A stretch of 64,000 bases of DNA from the NCBI RefSeq assembly GCF_009914755.1, contig NC_060926.1; one strand, given 5' to 3'. The number at the start of each line of letters is the position of its first letter. Position 1 is the stretch's first letter. The notes under the pieces are model-generated. The model was not told the DNA's origin and searched no databases. It saw only the letters and a program-made list of their open reading frames with translations. This document shows, piece by piece, positions 26,950 through 40,545 of the stretch. A program made the position numbers and the translations under genes. This DNA is from the human T2T-CHM13v2.0 reference genome, Homo sapiens.

Positions 26950-27180
26950 TAGTATTTTGGGACAACTGTGAGTTTTGAGTCAAATGACACTGTTTGGGCC
27001 TGAACTGTTCTGTTTTCTAGATTTACCACCTGGAGAAGTCATCTGACTTCACTGTGCCTCAGTTTCCTCATCTTAGAATGGGGATAATAATAATGCCTGC
27101 CTCACAGAATTGCTATGAGGATTAAATGAGATGACCTAGCTAATTTTACTTAGTCTTACCCAGTGCCCAATAAATGTAAT
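26950..27180 (+). mobile_element. MIR
   Basis: ctgtgcctcagtttcctcatc...ggggataataataatgcctgcctcacag...gaggattaaatgagat. Confidence 0.8.
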
Positions 27181-28647
27181 TAGTAGTACTACTACCACTA
27201 CTACCATCACTACTACTACAAACACTAATAAACTAAATAGCCATTGAACTCATTATTTTAATTGAAGGTCTAATAAACCAGGCTTGGCTGAGCTAAAAGC
27301 ATATTGTCACCCCTTAAAAACGTATAGCCTCTCTCTTCTGCCAAACTGAAACTAGGCTTCTTAGAGGAAGATGTTTTTGATAAAGGATGAAGGTGATTTG
27401 TCAGTTGAAGAGTAGTATCATTTTGCAATCATAGTAGAAAATATTTCAAAAACATGCAAGGTTATAGGAGAGTAAAGCTACCAGATTTCTCCAAAAAATT
27501 GTTGATCGTTGCAATTGATACATAGTTACTAAAAATTCACATTTAAAACACATTTAAGTTTCAACTAAACAAATCAGGTGAAGCAAACGAAAACATTAAT
27601 TTGTATTACACTAAAATATCTGCCAGATTTGTGCACTAACTGGATTAGGCTTATAATTAGAGGAAATTCCAGGCTATGTATTCCTTCACTCAGTATGAAG
27701 CTATCTAAAAAACAAATACACTTGAAAATCCATTTTTACAAGTCAGGTGGCAGCCGCTTGCACATCTCAATCAGTCAATAAGAAAACATTTCAAACTGAG
27801 CTACTCTGAAGAAGCTCAGACATTCTTTAAGTTAAGACACATCTCATTTCCCAGCCACAATCTGCATCCCTAAGACAGATGCAGTTTTGATCCCAGCAGT
27901 TCCATGAAAGAAACATTTCCACAAAGTCAAGAAAACCCAAAGTTCAGCAAGATTTTGGCAGTGTGGCCAGAAATTTAAAAATAATTCTGGTTAATATACC
28001 CAAAGTTTTTACCAGTGGTCTTGGTGAGCATGGTCCATTTTCAGCTCAGTCAGATCTTTGGGAAACTGAACCACAGAAATAACATTGATCCTGAGTAACT
28101 CAGACACATCCCGTGGTTTTGTGCTTCAAAGGTAGCCACAAATTCTTAAGATATGATTCATAGTCATCAAAATCTATGAATCTCCTGTGAAATTGTTCTT
28201 TCACTTCCACTAAACAGCTCTGTAATTCTTCAAATCTGTGACGCCATTGAGGTCAAGGAAGTTCAACAGTAAATTATGAATGCAGTAGGAAATGAGAGTA
28301 GTTATTAACTGCTCGACCAGTTGGCCAGTTAGAACCTGCGTTTCCTTGAACAAGGAAAAGAGAGAAGTCAGGGTTCATGGAAGAGCTACTGAAACAGATA
28401 TTCAAAGCCCACGGACTTATGTCATCCAGGATTCTATGCCAAAATTTGAAAATCCTATCAAACAACCTAAGTCTATACATATGCCAGTCAGGAGAATTTA
28501 GGAGCTAGGCTACATCAGAAAAAATTCTAGGGGGAAGAAACCTATTGATTCTGCCACAAGAAATACTCTATTAATTCTTTACTCCAAAGCTGGGAACCAT
28601 AAAAATGCTCAGGGAACCTATATAAGGAATGCCACTCCAGGCATTCC

Positions 28648-29153
28648 TTATCAGTTAGCTTTTACTATATAAGAAACCACTACAAAACATAGTTGCTTAA
28701 AATGGTAGCCATTTATTTAGCTCACAGTTCTTCAGGTTGTTTATAGAACTGTGATCTCTGATCCTCTGGACAGTTCTTCTGGTTTTAGCTGGATTTGTAA
28801 ATAGGTCTGTGGTTGGCTGCTAAGCCAGTTGAGGTAGGCTGGTCTAGAAGAGTATCAGCTACAATGGCTAGTCTTTATTCCACAAAATCTTTCATCCTCC
28901 ATAGGTTAGCCAGGGCTTGTTCATAAATTATCAGAGCAGTGTTCCAAAAGGGAGCAAGAAAGGTAGGTGCAAGGCCTCTTGGAATCTATGTTCAAAACTA
29001 GCACACTGCCATTTCCACCGCATTCCATTGCCAAAGCAAGTTACAGAGTCAGCCTAGATTCAAGAAGTGGGGAAATCACTTCCACCTATTGATAAGAGGA
29101 GTTTCAGAGTCAAATCCAGGCATAAAAAATTGTGGCCACTTTTGCAATCCACC
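28648..29153 (-). mobile_element. MLT1H-like LTR
   Basis: atttatttagctcacagttc...gcattccattgccaaagcaagttac...gattcaagaagtggggaaa...tttgcaatccacca. Confidence 0.75.
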
Positions 29154-29587
29154 AAAACCCTCTCTCCCACATGCTCCTTAATGCCCCACTAGCTAAACCA
29201 ACAAGACAGATCATAGTCAGCACTGACTGAGTGCAGCATTTCTGTTTAAGACAAATCAGAGCAACAGCAAGAATGCCTGATGTTCCTTCATGGCAGCCTT
29301 CCCACTATTGGGTACTCTCAAGATGGGAGATAATCCTATTTGCATGAGTAGTAGATAGCTACTACTTCCCAGAGTAGTAGACAGCTGTCCCAAGTAACTG
29401 ACTGTAGTAAAGCTCAGCTTTATGTCTCTGGGCAAATAACTGGGAGTGGAGGCATGAAGGAAAGCGTAGTTGGAATACCCTGAGCTGAGAGAGCCAGAGG
29501 AAAAACACAGGTATCCTGATAAATGAGTACTCGTGCTCCTCTGGGAAACTGGGATTTTCTTTTATGCTTGGTGTAAACTAAAACTAC

Positions 29588-30004
29588 TGTGATAGTTCAT
29601 TTTACGTGCCAACTTGACTGGGCCATGACATACCTAGATATCTGGTCTAACATTATCCTCAGCATATCAGTGAGGGTGTCTTGGGATGACTTTAACATCT
29701 AAAGCAGTGTGCCCTCCCTAACATGTATGGGGCTCATCCAATCCATCGAAGACTTGAATAGAACAAAAGATTAACTCCCCCAAATACCAGGGAACTCCTC
29801 TTGCCAGATTGCCTTTGAACTGGGACATTGGTTACTTCCTGCCTTTTGACTCAAAGTGAAGCATCAGCTCTTTCTGGGTCTGAAGCCTGCCAGCCTTCAG
29901 ACTGGAATCACACCATTGTCTCTTCTGGATCTCCAGCTGCTTGCCAACTTACAGATCTTGGGATTTGGCATTCTCCATAATCATGAGCCAATTCCTTACA
30001 ATAA

Positions 30005-30052
<48 letters not shown>

Positions 30053-30091
30053 CATCCTACTGATTCTGTTTCTCTGAAGAACTCTAATACA
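29588..30091 (+). mobile_element. MLT2 (B/D-like) solo LTR containing (CA)n at ~30007-30050
   Basis: tgtgatagttcattttacgtgccaacttgactgggcca...ctgtttctctgaagaactctaataca; perfect TSD actac. Confidence 0.88.
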
Positions 30092-30789
30092 ACTACTTAT
30101 TTGGATATTGTGCCAGGCAAAAGGGCAAAGGAATATTTGATGCCTGGTAAAGGTAAATGGCTGGTTTGTACTCAGGTTTGCCATCCCTTGTTTCTTTCCC
30201 TGTTAGCAAATAATCCCAGTCGTCCTGGGAAGAATATAAAACTTGAACTAATAACTCTCTAGTGTTGCTGTTGGTCTTGTTATACTATTGTCACTACAGT
30301 TGCCCCTTTTTGTTTGTTTTGGCTGTTTGTGCTTTGTTTTGCTTTTGCCTAAAATGGTTAAACACCTCGAGTTCAACTGTGAGATGTGCACCTGTGCTAT
30401 CTATCAACAAACACTCTCAATGTGGAACTTCTCTGGGAATCTTCCAGAAATCCAGTCCACAAGATCCAGTGTGCAAAGAAGCTCTGTCATTGGAACCTGA
30501 TAGCAGAAATGCTAGGAGTAAACTCATGGTGACCAATCAGTTTGTCCAGTTTGCTCAAGTACCTCTTGCAATGACTAGAAAGTTTGCACAGGTACCAGAG
30601 AAATACATTACTAGAGAAAGACATTTCAGTGGTGGGCTTTGGTTTGTTATTGTGTTGGCTTTGCGACTTTTCAACCTGGATCAATTGAACTACAATCCCC
30701 AGAATTCTCTTTCTAGTCTGTTTCTGGCTAGCATGGCCTACAAAGAATATCCTTTCCTGGAAGGAGGATGGAAAGGGGGCAGCAGCCAT

Positions 30790-31154
30790 ATTATAGCATG
30801 TACCTACCTTCTCCTAGTGATTCAGCAAACTCTTATCCAGGTGCCAGTGTGAAGGGATCTTGCAGGTGTAATTAAGTTCCCTACTCAGTTGACTTTAAGT
30901 TAATTAATAGGGAAGTCCTGTTGATCAAGATGGAAGTCCTTTAATCAGTAGAAAGGCCTAGACCTTCCCTGAGTTGAAAGATTCCACATTCCAGCTCATG
31001 CTTCTGGGGTTCTGGCATGCTCATTACTTCCCTTCTGACCATCTTCCCTATGGACCCCAGGCCTGCTTAACCAGTCCCCACAATTGCATAAACCAATTTG
31101 TTGTGATAAATCTCACACCAGTTCTGCTTCTCTGGTTGAACCCTGACTGATATA
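30790..31154 (+). mobile_element. MLT2F/E-like LTR
   Basis: gtgaagggatcttgcaggtgtaattaag...cagttgactttaag...ttctgcttctctggttgaaccctgactgatata. Confidence 0.65.
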
Positions 31155-31229
31155 ATTGTCATCTGAAAATAACAAGAATATATTCAAGTTTGCCATTTGG
31201 ATCTTCCACAAAACCATGGGCCCCTACAA

Positions 31230-31470
31230 AGTATAGTGGGGAAACCACAGACTCTGGGGCCACGTGGCCTGCACCTTCTCCCAGCATCTTTCTTCACCAG
31301 CCAAGTGACTTTGGGCTACTAAGTCTCATAACCTCTCTGAGCACTGTCTTTTTACTTGTAAAATAGTATCAATACTAAGTCCAAGCCTACCAACTTCCCA
31401 GGGTTGTTTTGAAAAATCAAAGGAGATATCGTATGTGGAAGCACTTTGTAACCTGCCATACAAATGAGGG
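31230..31470 (+). mobile_element. MIR
   Basis: gtgactttgggc...aacctctctgagc...tgtaaaatag...cagggttgttttga. Confidence 0.55.
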
Positions 31471-32055
31471 GTGTTTAGTTTTAAGATCACCTAGCCTAGC
31501 ATTTTTAGTTAGGGGAGGCAGAGAAATAATAAACATTTACTCATGTCCACTGTGTATAGGAAATATGAATATATACTCCAATGCAGTCTTCTAGACTTTC
31601 TCATGAGGCAGACAGTGTTTGCCCCACGTGAGAGATGAGAAAACTGAAGTTCTAAGAAGTTGGCTAACTTCCCTAGATCACAGAATATGATTTGCAGTCC
31701 AGTGTGAAAATGGTTCTTACAACACCAAAGTCCAGGCTGTGTGGCCATGCCAACCTCCTTCACAAAAGAAGGACATTTCTTTGCATGTGACACCATGATA
31801 GTCATGCTAACTCCTAAAAAACTTTCAAGACATACTTTCAGTATCTCTTTGGAATTTACTAGTTTAATTGAGGAGCAAATAATCTATTTTGATTAGTGAA
31901 GAAGTTATTTCATCTAATATGCTCTGAGTCACAACACTTAAGAAACCAATAGAAGACAAAACATTTTTTGCTTTTTATATCCAGCAAATTTTCTTTTCCT
32001 AATTTACAATAAAACTATTCCAAGAATAATGAAAGCGAAACTGTATTATTTACTG

Positions 32056-32207
32056 ATTTTGATTGCCCCAGTCTTTAAGTACTCAGAAAAGACACTTTAC
32101 TGTTTGTGCGCACAGGGAAATTATTGTGGTTATTTTGATTGCCCCAGTCTTTAAGTACTCAGAAAAGACACTTTACTGTTTGTGCGCACAGGGAAATTAT
32201 TGTGGTT
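32056..32207. repeat. Perfect 2 x 76-bp tandem duplication
   Basis: attttgattgccccagtc...gggaaattattgtggtt present at 32056-32131 and 32132-32207 with no mismatch. Confidence 0.97.
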
Positions 32208-33754
32208 AGAGGTTAAAGCTATGCAAAAACAAACAAAAAAATTAATGTGCATTTTCCTCAAAAATTTAAAGCAGCCAGGATAATTTATGGGTTAGGCGTT
32301 TTCTGAGAGTTAATGATCAACTGTCTGAAAAGTCCTTGAGACAGTTAGTTGGTAAATGGCCAGGAAGTCCCTTCCACTGAGAGCTGAGGATTTCGAGACG
32401 TTTGTTATGCAAAAATAGAACCTGAAATAAGCAAATATATATCATAGAGACTGGGATTTTTTCAGATCACTCTATTACATATAAAATTAATTCTACTCAA
32501 AATAACTGTAAAAATACAGGTAGAAAACATAAAATATTTATTAAATACCCACCAATTATTATGCTTGGCATTTTAAATCACTTTTCTCCTAATTCTCACA
32601 AAATTTTCATATTTATTAACCCCATTTTGATGAAGAGGAAACTGTCAGTTCATGGACTCACATAGCTATTAATAGTAAGAGCAAAGCTGGGATTCATACC
32701 CAGTTCCAGTCAAAGTACTTGCAGTTTCTACTTTTTGCATACCTGTAGCCTTTTATTTAAATGATTCTCTATTGTAATTATAAAATAAGAAAGAGTTCTA
32801 TTTTAATAAATACTGTGTTAACCTTACAACTTGGCTCAAAAACAAAATGGAACACAATGTGCAAAAATAAAATCATTAATGCTATTTAAAGCTTTGTGAA
32901 ACTAATTCATCTATCACAGAATTTAAATTTTTATTACTTTTCATGTGGGGGCCAAAGAATTTTAGTTACTTCTTATTTCATGGGCTTCTCATAGTGCAAT
33001 CGCTGATGGTAGGGACCTTGTTTTTACCCTAAACTCTATATTAAACTCGGATTAAACTAAAGTTGTCAACACACAGTAAGTGCTCAATAATTATTGGTGA
33101 ATGAATGCAATCTTACGTATGCCTGGTGCTTTGAAACTTACAAATCACTTTCACTCATTATTGATTGTGACTACGACAAGAAGGCTGTGTATGAGTTAGT
33201 GACAATCATTGTTAGCATCACTTTAGAGATAAGAAAATTGAAATGTAGAATAAGTTGAGTAACCTGCTCAAAGCCTCTTGGATTTGACTGTAAATCAAGG
33301 TCTCTTGAGTACAAAGAACAAAGTTTTTGTCCTACTACAAACACTCCCCCATTAAGGAATATCAATTTTTGTTAATGTTTGACAAAACTATGCCTCTTAT
33401 TTAAATAAAACACTGAAATGAACAGACCCGCATGATACCAAACTGCATGTTAGAGTTTGAGGTCACCAGTTTATTTGAATTGCTTGAATGTGCTTTTATC
33501 ATACTGACCATCTTACAAGGTAGATCAGCTGTTGCCAACCATGATATTGGGTCAGCAGAGTATTGATGCATCTGAGATCAACACATGAGAAAGGAGAGGA
33601 TTTGGAGCTGGAAATTGCAGAATTATCCATGCAGCAACTTGGTATGAGCGGCCATTACCAACAGGAAGGATAGCCATTAACGGCATCCATGGGGGAGAAG
33701 GTGAGGAACTAGTGAACTAGAATGATTATCAAAATGCCAAAACAAAGAAAAGAT

Positions 33755-33900
33755 AAATAATGGAGGTGATGAATATCCCGATTATCCTGATTTGATCATT
33801 ACACATTATACACATATATCAAACAACAAAAACAAATGGAGTGATGAATATCACATGTATCAAAATCACATATATCCCAAAATATGTACTACTATAGATT
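33755..33900 (+). mobile_element. L1MA 3'-end fragment
   Basis: gaggtgatgaatatcccgattatcctgatttgatcattacacatt...atcccaaaatatgtac. Confidence 0.7.
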
Positions 33901-35428
33901 ATTTTTTATAAAGGCCCAAACAGTGAGAATTGCATTTACTTGGTTAACTATGTGTTGACATGGCCTTTTTTGAGATTTTATATTTAGATCATTTTGATAA
34001 AATTGCATCATTTTTAAGAAAAACTTTTATGTGCTTATGTAACATCAAGTTTGCAAAACTACAGTCATAGTAAAAGCAATACAAGCCAAAAACTAAATGT
34101 ATGAGTGTGTGTATGTGCAGCTCTTATAATATGGAGTACATTGAAATTAAAATATTTAAAGGGATTCATTTCCACTGGAGCTATCCCCATGTGTGAAAAT
34201 AAACACATTTTCTTCTCAATTACCCATGGTATTATTGGCTCTCCACAAACACTTGAAGAGCTTGACTAAGCCAAGTTATGTACTACTCAATGCTTTTTAG
34301 CAGTCTCTCTTAAACTTTTTTTACTTCCATCTAATCCCTGGTCATAGCCTCTGGGAAATTCAACACTATGGAGAAAGGGCCATTTGCTTTGTGGTCTTAC
34401 ATAAAAGAAGTTATCACCCAAAAGTCATGGGATATGTTGCTGACTCAACCTACAGAAGGATTTCAGGTTGGATCAGCAACATATCCCAGGAGTTGAGGCC
34501 GCCAAACCTCCTCTTAAGGCCAAGTCACAGCAAGTTTACTGAGACAACTGGAGAGATACCTGTAATGACTGCTGGAACTCACTCCAAAACCAACATCTAT
34601 AAAAAGAAACTTCTCTTGAATCTCCGGTCCAAATCATCAAACCTATGTGTTTTCCTAACAGGAAACAGAGAAGAAACCACTTTTCCTCTTCACTCTGGCC
34701 TCTATTGAGAAAGAATCCAACTTCTGAATATTCAGGAAAAGAAAGTGCTTTTTGGTGTGACAACGTAAGCAACTCTCTAAGTCCCTAAGGAGCAGGAAAT
34801 GTGTAGAGAATAGCCACCTGTGTGTATATTACCTCTTTCCAGCCACTCTTTTTTGTTAGCCAGCAGCCAGGTTGCAAGTAGATAGTCTGTACTTATCTGT
34901 GCACCATTTGAGGACCACCAGATAATTAAGTCACACTCACATTGAGATATTTCTCCTCTGTCTCCATCCTCAGTTCCCCTACATCAGCCTGGGTGTAAAA
35001 ATATCACCACAAAATAGCAGTGGCCCTATCTCCTTGACTGTCACCTCCTCTCATATATCTCTAGCCCCACTGAAAATCCTATCTACTCATTAGTAAGAGT
35101 GTTCCCAGGGGTGACCTCAGGTGCACCAGAAACCATCCAATTCCCTCTGTCCTGTCCTTACTGCAGCTATTTCCTACCGTCTTTCCATGAGGCCTCTCTG
35201 AACTGTGAGGCTTTGGACAGGGCCTCATTGCCAGCCCTGCTCTGGGCCCCACAACAAGAAAATTGCGCTCCCGGCCAAAGTGTGTGTTCTCTGTGGGGGT
35301 CCTGAGGCTATACGGTGGCTTCAGCCACTTCCACTGCCAGCTCCACCTACCAGGCACCGCCCGACACAATGGTCACAGGAATCCCTGGATTCAGTGCCAA
35401 AGTGAGAAGAATAGTGACTGTAGTAGTC

Positions 35429-35768
35429 TAGTAGTCAGGATTCTCCAGAGAAACAGAGAAAATAGGAAAGAGAGAGAGATGAGAAATGTGTGAGTGTGTG
35501 TGCATGTATAGTGTGTGTGTGTATATATATTCAGAGAAACAGAACCAATAGAGTGTGTGTGTCTGTGTTTGTGTGTGTCTGTGTGTGTATTATATATGTG
35601 TGTGTATGTATATATATATATATATATATTCAGAGAAACAGAATCAATAGCGAGAGAGAAATAGAAAGAGAGTGTATGTCTGTGTTTGTGTGTGTCTGTG
35701 TGTGTATTTTATACATATATATATATTCAGAGAAACAGAACCAATAGCGAGAGAGAGACAGAAAGGGA

Positions 35769-35815
<47 letters not shown>

Positions 35816-36165
35816 AAGAAAGTGGGGTCTGGTGTGCAATTTTAGGGAATTTGGGTAAGTCCCCAATCTGCAGAGTAGGCCGGCAGGCTGGAGACCCAGG
35901 GAAGAGATGACACTGCAGAGTTCGGAGGCAGTCTATTGGCAGAATTCTGTCTTCTGTGGGGAGGTCAGTCTTTGTTTTTTTTTAAGGCCTTCTACTGGGT
36001 AAATGAGACCCATCCATATTATGGAGGGCAATTTGCTTTACTCAGCACTTACTCATTTAAACGTTAATCTCATTTAAAAAATATTTTCGAGGAAACATCC
36101 AAATGTTTAACCAAATTTCTGGGTACTGTGTCCCAGACAAGCAGACACATAAAATTACCCATCGC
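35429..36165 (-). mobile_element. MLT2 (C/D-like) LTR with tandemly amplified terminal unit
   Basis: ggattctccagagaaacag...ggcaggctggagacccaggg...gacacataaaattacccatc. Confidence 0.85.
35446..35815. repeat. Compound VNTR: 4 x [cagagaaacagaaccaatag + GA/GT/AT microsatellite]
   Basis: Unit starts at 35446, 35532, 35631 and 35728. Confidence 0.9.
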
Positions 36166-36237
36166 CTTTTTTGTTTGACATTTTAGTAACTCTCCTTTGG
36201 GGTCCCACCTCCCTTTTGGTGGGCTTACAGCCCAAAC

Positions 36238-36415
36238 CAGTCATTCTCAACTCCAAAGGACATTTGTGGCAGTCACAGCTGGGGGAAAACTACTTGCATC
36301 TAGTGGGTAGAGGCCAGGAATGCTGCAAAATGTCGTCTAATACACAGCCTGGTTCCCAACAACAGAATTTTCCAGTCCCAAATGCCAATAGTAGCATTGC
36401 AGCTGAGAAACCCTG
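36238..36415. mobile_element. MER20 DNA transposon
   Basis: gcatctagtgggtagaggccaggaatgctg...ccaaatgccaatagt...gctgagaaaccctg. Confidence 0.85.
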
Positions 36416-36439
36416 CTCCAAATGACCAGTTCACTTCCT

Positions 36440-37139
<700 letters not shown>

Positions 37140-37182
37140 AGACATTTTTAATGAATGTCACTCTCCCCATGTGTTTCCTTTC

Positions 37183-37185
<3 letters not shown>

Positions 37186-37217
<32 letters not shown>
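37186..37217. repeat. (CA)n microsatellite
   Basis: Direct reading. Confidence 0.95.
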
Positions 37218-37219
<2 letters not shown>

Positions 37220-38617
37220 CACCAGCTCAAATACGTGTTTATAGGATCCGTTTCCAAAAAGTCACCAAGAGAGTAGTTCCTGTACACTAACCCTGCCCCC
37301 AGAATGCTGAGTTGTTTTCTATTGAACTTAGAACACGAACCCAGCCTTTTTCTCAACGACATCCTTCTCCCAAGACACAATGTGGCCCCTCATGCCAATG
37401 TGTGTGAACTCTACTCCCCACCCCTTAATCTTCCTAACATGCAGAGATCCCTTAGATTTAAAGTGCAACCCCTGCTATGAATCAATAACTTTAGAAGGAC
37501 TTACCACAGAAAGAGATTAGCATGAGAAAGCTAAGCAGATATCATCGCAACAGTTCACTTTAAAAATACCACCACTCCTTCTATCTGTGACTACAGATGC
37601 CTCCTCACAGAAGTGGGGCAGAGATCATCTAGCCAGAACCAACTAGCAGGTCATCTGCGCCTCCCCCGTCCACGCCAATTCCATTCCCCGCTCTCTCCTC
37701 ATGTGCTAAGTTCTCCCACGTTCTTACGGTGTCAGCGAAGAATTTATACATGCCTCTAAAGTGACTCACTGCATGAGTATTACTGTTTATTTTTAGCACC
37801 TTGTTGTTTTGCCTATAAATCCCTCTAAATGTCATTTCTCACTGCCTGGCCCCTTTCAGGACAATATGGCATGCTCCTCGAAATGTCCTCTCACTGGGTC
37901 CCTCTGTTCTCAGTTCTGCCCACAAGGCCACTGCACATGGCTGCCCACGATGGAACTGACCTGCCTCTGCCATCTCTAAATCTGGAATAAATCCCCTTCC
38001 TGAGTAAATATCCATCCATCAAGTGGGCAGGATAACTATTTCCTCCAGAACACCCACTGTTCAGGAAGACAGATGGAGATCTCTGAGATGGGGCCACCAC
38101 GGAAACCATCCACAAGGGAAACAGCTCTGACCCTGGACTCCCTTGCTGCCTCCATTCAAAGCACCCTGTCTGAGAATTAAGTTGTGATGAGAGATCATCT
38201 GCCTTGCAGGTGCAGAGGCAGCAGAAGAGCCACCTGTGTTTTTCCTCTGCCTGGCACGTGGGTGATTGCAATACTCTGGATGTGCACCTTCCACAGCCGT
38301 CGCTTGGATTCACTGGCCTAGTAGAAGACAGTGCCGAGAATGGGTGGCAAAGACCCATGTTTCCCATGACACTTGTGAAAATGAGGGGCAGAAAGATCCT
38401 CTGAAGTACCACTCAGTCTACCCAGAAAAGAGTAGAATCTGTCCAGTTTAATTTTTGATCATTTTATGACTAAATAATCTCAAAGTTTAAAAAGGCATGA
38501 AAGACCATCTAAACCAATTCTTTTATGGTACCAAGGAGGCAAGGCCCATATTGGGTGAGTACCAGGCCCAGGGCTGCACACATAGGTTATGGCACAGCTG
38601 AGTCTGGACTCCAATGC

Positions 38618-38995
38618 TGTCTTAGCTGATTTTCTGTTGCTATAACCAAATGACTGAGACTGGGTAATTTATAAAGAGAAAACACTTGTTTCTTATAGTT
38701 CTGGAGGCTGAGAAATCCAAGGTTGAGGGGCTGCATCTGGCGAGGGCTTTCTTGCTGGAGGGGACTCTGCAGGGAACCCAGGTGGTGCAGGGCATTACAT
38801 AGCAAGGACTTCATGACAGACAACCAAACTGGCTTTTTTAACAGACCCACTGTTGTGATAACTAACCCACTCCCTCAATTGCCTATTAATCCATTAATCC
38901 AATAATGACTCCATCACCCCTCAGATGTCCCACCTCTCAACACTGCCGCATTGTGGATCACATAAACTTTTGCAGGACACATTCAAATCATAGCA
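38618..38995 (-). mobile_element. MSTC/MSTD-like solo LTR
   Basis: tgtcttagctgattttctgttgctataacc...cattcaaatcatagca; TSD aatgc/gatgc. Confidence 0.82.
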
Positions 38996-39245
38996 GATGC
39001 CTTGCCTTCTAGGGTTGATCCTGTAACAACTGCCATGTCATCTTTTCTTTTTCCTCCTGTCCCTTCTTTCTTCATCTTATAAACCATCTATTCCCATTCC
39101 ACATGTTTCTGCTGGGGGTTAAAAGTCCCTACCTTCCCCCAACTTCCTGGAAACTCTGATTAGTCCAGAGAGTAGTCAAGTGACCCAAATTGAAGTAATG
39201 AGATATTTTTTTGAAAATGGATACTGATATATGGATCATGAGAAG

Positions 39246-39610
39246 TGTATTAGCCAGGGCAAGCTAACTGCTGTAACAAACAACACCAAAATTGTAGTGG
39301 CTTAACACTGTAGAGGTCGGTTTTTGTTGGCTTGTTTACTCACTTAATGGCCCAATGTGGGTACATGCTGGTGGCCTTCCACCAAGTCTCCCTGTATCCC
39401 CTAAACCATGGAGTCCTCATTGAATCCCCTGCAGCTTCCTGGCAGCTGGGGGAAAGAGACCTGAGGTGAAGACTCCTGGGAGGGAGTGACACGCATCTCT
39501 TCTGCCCACCTCTCATTAATCAGAAACCATTGTATGCGCCCACCTAATTGCAAGGAAGGCCAGGAAAAATAGTCTAATTGTGTGCCCAGGAGCAAAAGGA
39601 AAGAGTAGGA
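39246..39610 (-). mobile_element. MLT1J-like LTR
   Basis: tgtattagccagg...ctgctgtaacaaacaac...gtggcttaac...cacctaattgcaaggaaggccaggaaaa. Confidence 0.65.
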
Positions 39611-39896
39611 CAAATGACCCAGAGGGAGTTGCCAGGATCCATATTTCCTGCCATGTGGAAAAAGAGCCGCTGGTAGATGAAAACAAAACATAGCAAAGCA
39701 AAGATTAAAAATAAATAAATAAATAAATAAATAATGTGAGAAACGTTATCTGATCCCCTGGATAGGCCATATCTGATGTTGGACCAATTCCTGCACCTAT
39801 CTTTCAAAGAAAGCATTCTTATGTTTATCAAAACATATTCAGCAGGATAATAATTCAACTGGGATGGCAGATTAGAAATTTTAAAACTTAAATAGG

Positions 39897-40545
39897 TGTC
39901 TGGATTGGCCTACACTTGTGTACAACTTATGCATCCTCTTGGGCCCACCTCTTCCTCCAGCCACTTCTTTCAGAGTCCAGTTCTGCCAGGCTTTGACCAG
40001 GCTCTCCCAGGTGCCAGCTGGCAATGCCTCACTTTGGCCCAATGCCTAGAGCCTCTCTCTTCCTGCCTTGGGTTTCTCTGACCCTGCCGCCCAGTTCTTC
40101 CATGGGAACTGCCCAGCCATCATGGAGGGGCCACCCAGAGGTACAGGGAGCCAATACACATGGGAATCACCCTTGACCAAGGTGGTTCAGGAGCCAATGG
40201 GTAAATGCTCCCCTTTTGCCTCCTATGGGGACAATTCCAAGAGACAGTTGATGGGGCCCTAGTCAGAGGCTCAAATGATAGTTCCCAAGATTCCAGTCCC
40301 TCTTTCTGAACTTTTTGCCCTGCTTTCCCAGGTTTTATTTTTATTTGGCAGAAAGCCCCACAGTGTTGAGCACCAGGTGCCCTTCATGGTGGCCGACTCA
40401 GTGACACATTCTTGTGTTGACCTCTTTTCCTTCCCTTTCTCACTCTGCTTTGCTTCTTGCCCTGCCCTCTGCATTTACACTTGCTAATAAATTTTACACT
40501 CACAATGTTTGGAAGTCTCTGCTTTTGAGGGACCCAGGCAGCTCT
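39897..40545 (+). mobile_element. LTR16-family (ERVL) LTR
   Basis: cccttgaccaa...ggagccaatgggtaaatgctcc...aataaa...ctctgcttttgagggaccca. Confidence 0.55.

Noticed and set aside
29346-29386. agtagtag-atag-ctactact mini hairpin plus direct repeat
   Set aside because: 8-bp low-complexity arms; expected by chance
30262-30852. Longest ORF (196 aa)
   Set aside because: GTG start, low-complexity hydrophobic N-terminus, runs into an MLT2 LTR, no recognisable homology; consistent with chance
35446-35815. CRISPR-like repeat-spacer pattern
   Set aside because: Primate DNA, repeat derives from the MLT2 LTR, spacers are microsatellites, no cas genes
37891-38412. 173-aa minus-strand ORF
   Set aside because: No recognisable domain or supporting gene structure
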